This document shows, piece by piece, positions 60,603-64,000 of a DNA stretch of 64,000 bases (the first letter of the stretch is position 1; each line of letters starts with the position of its first letter). The notes beneath the pieces were generated by a model, which ran no database searches, was not told where the DNA came from, and saw nothing but the letters and a program-made list of their open reading frames with translations. The stretch spans positions 32,001 to 96,000 of the forward strand of contig CP169075.1 of the NCBI GenBank assembly GCA_041891055.1, written 5' to 3'. This DNA is from Halorutilales archaeon Cl-col2-1. Lineage in GTDB: Archaea > Halobacteriota > Halobacteria > Halobacteriales > Afararchaeaceae. Position numbers and translations under genes: made by a program.

Positions 60603-61631
60603 ATGTCTAACAGACCAAAGATAAGCCTAAGTCTCTCCGAGCTAACACGCAGAGAGTTTCACACCGAGTTCTGGAGTCAGAACTTCGAGTTGCTCGGTCA
60701 AGCAGTCCAAAGAATAGTCAAAGAGAAAGAACTCACGACCTGGAGTCAACTGCCGTCGTACCTGTGGCGTAACGGCGTAACCGAGATGAATAGAGAGTAC
60801 GCCCTCGACATGGTAGCCTTCGAGTTCGAGAAAGAGACCTCGGTAGAGAGACTCAAAAACCTCACTCTTCTACTCGGTTCGGGTAAGAGGATCAGCCCCG
60901 TCGACGAAGAGCTATATGGCACATACAACACCACCAAAGACGACGTCTTCGCACCCTTCAAGATCCTCGATATAGCCGGCATACAGCCCGAAATCGAGAT
61001 AGATATACCCTCCAGAGCGGTGGGTGGGATCGATAGAAAGTTCTTCGACGAATTGGGCGAATACGTCGACTTAGAGATAGAGGTCAGCCTTGGAGATATA
61101 GACGAACCTAGACAACTACCGGAGTATGTTTGCCTGAAAGTCAAGACAGATCCATCGAAGAAGGACAAGTACGGATACTGGCATAAAAGACAAGACCTCC
61201 ACAAAGCCGTAGAGACTCCGGACAGAGCGCTGAGAGTACTCGAGGACATAGCCGATGATCTACAGACCAAGAGCAACGACTACGAGTACAACTATGAGCA
61301 ACTACAGAAACTAACCCACCTCGACAGGAGTACTCTGATAACCTATACGAGGCTCTTAGAGGCGAATAATCTGATAGATAGGTCTCGGGACGAAAGACGT
61401 GTAAAGATCTCTCTGACCGACGTAGGTGTAGCTTTCACGAGTCTAGTGATGAACATCGACGTAAAGAACAGAGAGTATCTCAGAATAGCTCTCAGAGCAT
61501 TCTCTGTAGATGTTTTTCTTACCTCGTCTTCGAAACTGGATACTCTAGAAAGAGAAGATTTTGACACGGATACCAGCAGAAGAAGACAGAGTAAGCCTCC
61601 TCCAAAGACAAAGAAAAGTAAGGTAATCTAG
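60603..61631 (+). CDS. Hypothetical protein with a C-terminal winged-helix domain
   Basis: YEQLQKLTHLDRSTLITYTRLLEANNLI...ISLTDVG. Confidence 0.65.
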   Translation: MSNRPKISLSLSELTRREFHTEFWSQNFELLGQAVQRIVKEKELTTWSQLPSYLWRNGVTEMNREYALDMVAFEFEKETSVERLKNLTLLLGSGKRISPVDEELYGTYNTTKDDVFAPFKILDIAGIQPEIEIDIPSRAVGGIDRKFFDELGEYVDLEIEVSLGDIDEPRQLPEYVCLKVKTDPSKKDKYGYWHKRQDLHKAVETPDRALRVLEDIADDLQTKSNDYEYNYEQLQKLTHLDRSTLITYTRLLEANNLIDRSRDERRVKISLTDVGVAFTSLVMNIDVKNREYLRIALRAFSVDVFLTSSSKLDTLEREDFDTDTSRRRQSKPPPKTKKSKVI

Positions 61632-62233
61632 CTTTACACCGACGCCTTACGGCAGTTTGTTAGCTTTCGTCTCATTAGAGCCATCTCCGAGAAACTCTCC
61701 GCTCACTCACCCACGGAGTCTTCGTGTTCTTGCGATTCTAGTGAAAATAACCTAGACCGACCTTTTCTGAGAACAACGTCGAGAACCATACCAAAAATCC
61801 ATCCTCAGCTCATTCTACGGATCCTCTGAGAAAGTCTTCTATAGAGTCTCTACCTAACTCCATTTGTCTGTTCTCAAGAAAAATCAAAGACAGCGTATAC
61901 ATAGTGCTATATGTAGTTCTATTCTCCTCTCCACGAGACCTACAGATAGAATTCTATCTCTTCTCTAGAGGTCGTTACCCCCGTAGGCAGTCTATACCGT
62001 CCAAGGTTTGTTCTGTCCAATTAGCTAACGCTATTCAGGTAACAAGTCGTCTGAAAGGTGCTGAGAACAGTCAACCGGGATTGCTTCCCACGCTGCTTGA
62101 ACTGCTTTTGCGTATTTCGATCCCACAAGACCGAAGGTCTTGTGAACGCCGTAAACGGCGGGATTCTCTCCTCGCAGAAAGATAGCTCATGTGAACCACT
62201 AGTCTATATACCACGCTGGTTTGATTTAGGATT

Positions 62234-63220
62234 ATGTCCAACTCAGAAGTGTTGGAGAGGTTGCAGGAAATGACTCCTCGAGAGTTCGAGCACTTCGTAG
62301 CCGATCTCTGGGAGCGTCGAGGTTGGGATACAGCTGAAGTTAGCGATAAAGGTGCTGACGCAGGTGTTGATGTCGTCGCTAGAAAAGACGGTGTCTTCGA
62401 AGAGAAGCAGGTTATACAAGCTAAGCGATATTCTCGGAAGAAGAATAACAAAGTGGAGGGGCCCGAGGTTCAGCAGTATGCTTCTCTCCCAGACCAGACA
62501 GGTGCAGATAGTGTCGTGATAGTTACTACAGGGAGATTTACAGATCCTGCTAAAGAACGTGCCAATGATCTTAATGTCAAGACAGTAGATGGAGACGATA
62601 TCCTCGAGATGATAGAGAAACACAACTCCGGGGATCTCGTCGAAGAATATGCTCCTACGATGGAAGAGATCAAGGCGTCCGAAAGTCCAACATCGGGATC
62701 GAGGTCGAGTCCAGCTACAGCGGGAGGTGATAGTAGCGACTCAGATTCCAATGTTGGAGGAGTAGTAGTACTACTGGTTATCTTGCTGGGTGCTGCCTTC
62801 GTCTTCGGAGGTGGGGGTGGGGGAGGAACTACAGGATCTCCATCTACGGACGGTGGCTCTCCGGTAGCGAGTGGATCTATGGACAGTTTAGATGTCACTG
62901 TTGAAAACGCTAAGTCCGTAGAAGGCTACGCTCTTGTGAAACTGAGTATCGAGAACACAGGTAGTAGTCCCCAGTCCTTTCCGAGTGGTACGAGCATGAA
63001 TTTGGTACACAACGGCTCGACTGAGTTCTCTACTACGTATGACAATATGAGTATAGGCGGGCGCGAGTACGTGAATTACCAGTCGTTGAGTGGATCTTTA
63101 GAGTCGGGGCAGTCTACCTCAGGATGGATGATCTATGACATCGGTGAAGAGGTCTCATGGGAGAATGCTAAGATAGAATACGATGGTGAGATGGGTAGCT
63201 TTGAGTTGAAAATGGGTTAG
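62234..63220 (+). CDS. Mrr-type restriction endonuclease domain, TM helix and DUF4352-like domain
   Basis: PREFEHFVADLW, DAGVDV, IQAKRY, TTGRFT; TM segment VVVLLVILLGAAFVF; LESGQSTSGWMIYD. Confidence 0.85.
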   Translation: MSNSEVLERLQEMTPREFEHFVADLWERRGWDTAEVSDKGADAGVDVVARKDGVFEEKQVIQAKRYSRKKNNKVEGPEVQQYASLPDQTGADSVVIVTTGRFTDPAKERANDLNVKTVDGDDILEMIEKHNSGDLVEEYAPTMEEIKASESPTSGSRSSPATAGGDSSDSDSNVGGVVVLLVILLGAAFVFGGGGGGGTTGSPSTDGGSPVASGSMDSLDVTVENAKSVEGYALVKLSIENTGSSPQSFPSGTSMNLVHNGSTEFSTTYDNMSIGGREYVNYQSLSGSLESGQSTSGWMIYDIGEEVSWENAKIEYDGEMGSFELKMG

Positions 63221-63226
63221 AGAAGA

Positions 63227-63276
63227 AGCTAACGAACGTTTGTTTCTAGAGAATTCACCGAAGATGTTGGTTAGCT
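63227..63276 (-). repeat. Degenerate site B
   Basis: AGCTAACGAAC...TCTAGAGAA...ATGTTGGTTAGCT, same orientation as 1203-1247. Confidence 0.75.
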
Positions 63277-63282
63277 CAAGAG

Positions 63283-64000
63283 TCAATCTAGTTCTAATTC
63301 AGCCCAATTCCAGAATTCCTCAGGTGTACTGTAAATCACCTCACCGTGACCTCCTGTGTCGTGTACTTCAGAATGGCAACTAGGACAAAGGGGAACAACA
63401 TTCTCCTCTTCAGCAGCCCCTTTGTCATCAACTGGCTGCACATGATGGATTTTACATTGTGAAAGACGGTTTCTGAATTCACCACATCCAACACATGCCC
63501 CATAATCATCTAATATTTCCTTCCGACGAACCATATCCACCTGTTCAACTCTCCGTTTCGCAGCATTATTTTGTAGTTTCACTTGACCTTCTTTTTCATC
63601 CCAAACAAATCTTCGAACATATACTTTATGTGCATCTGTTGCCTTCGCAATTCGGTAAACACCAGGGTCTCTTCCAAATACATGGATTAGAACGGCTATC
63701 TTTTCTTGCTTCTTGCCACTTGGACAGACATCATTTATTACTCTATCTAACAATGATAGAATCTCTTCATCAGATTCTTTTTTAATAAGTTCCTTTTGTA
63801 GAGATCCAATATCAAGGTCATCAGGGATCGAGTATTCAACTTTCTCTGGGTCTTTGGTTTCTCCATTTGCGATTCTTATTGCGAGTTTCTCACCCACTCC
63901 GTCAATCTGCGTTATTTCTTCGACATCTGCCCTCTCGAGTCTTTCAACCGATCTGAAAACATGCAAAAGATCTTCAGCTTTAGAGTGTCCACAACCCTCG
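63283..64000 (-). CDS. Helix-hairpin-helix plus HNH endonuclease (5' end outside the window)
   Basis: IDGVGEKLA (HhH); CVGC...IHHVQP...NVVPLCPSCH. Confidence 0.85.
   Translation of the reverse strand, partial: EGCGHSKAEDLLHVFRSVERLERADVEEITQIDGVGEKLAIRIANGETKDPEKVEYSIPDDLDIGSLQKELIKKESDEEILSLLDRVINDVCPSGKKQEKIAVLIHVFGRDPGVYRIAKATDAHKVYVRRFVWDEKEGQVKLQNNAAKRRVEQVDMVRRKEILDDYGACVGCGEFRNRLSQCKIHHVQPVDDKGAAEEENVVPLCPSCHSEVHDTGGHGEVIYSTPEEFWNWAELELD

Overview
This is a 64-kb accessory/defence region of a haloarchaeon: the proteins are acidic, the background is roughly 45-50% GC by eye, and there are lower-GC (Hhe-like helicase) and higher-GC (DUF499 operon) inserts. Defence genes include McrBC-like, HNH, an Hhe-like helicase-nuclease, a DUF499-DUF1156-SNF2 system with an embedded GmrSD-like gene, CBS-HEPN, Mrr and a TA pair. 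Replication/repair genes include nucS, PCNA, a cdc6 fragment with an ORB origin, an AddAB-like pair and a DUF1998 helicase. IS200/IS605, IS5 and ISH3 elements and their derivatives are also present. Three things go beyond routine annotation. (1) A ~118-bp two-site repeat (site B, AGCTAACCAACA-N21-23-TGTTGGTTAGCT, plus site A, a 32-bp palindrome) punctuates the region in direct orientation and matches the two flanks of an internally deleted tyrosine recombinase gene. Site A also occurs in frame inside a ParB-HTH-methyltransferase gene, and site B overlaps the promoter of a small putative DNA-binding protein. This is a candidate undescribed recombination/diversification system. (2) ~49-nt double-hairpin micro-insertions recur and build tandem arrays inside IS elements. 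(3) Three protein-free IS200/IS605 derivatives appear to retain only an omega-RNA-like structured RNA. All family calls come from motif recognition by eye; no searches were run.
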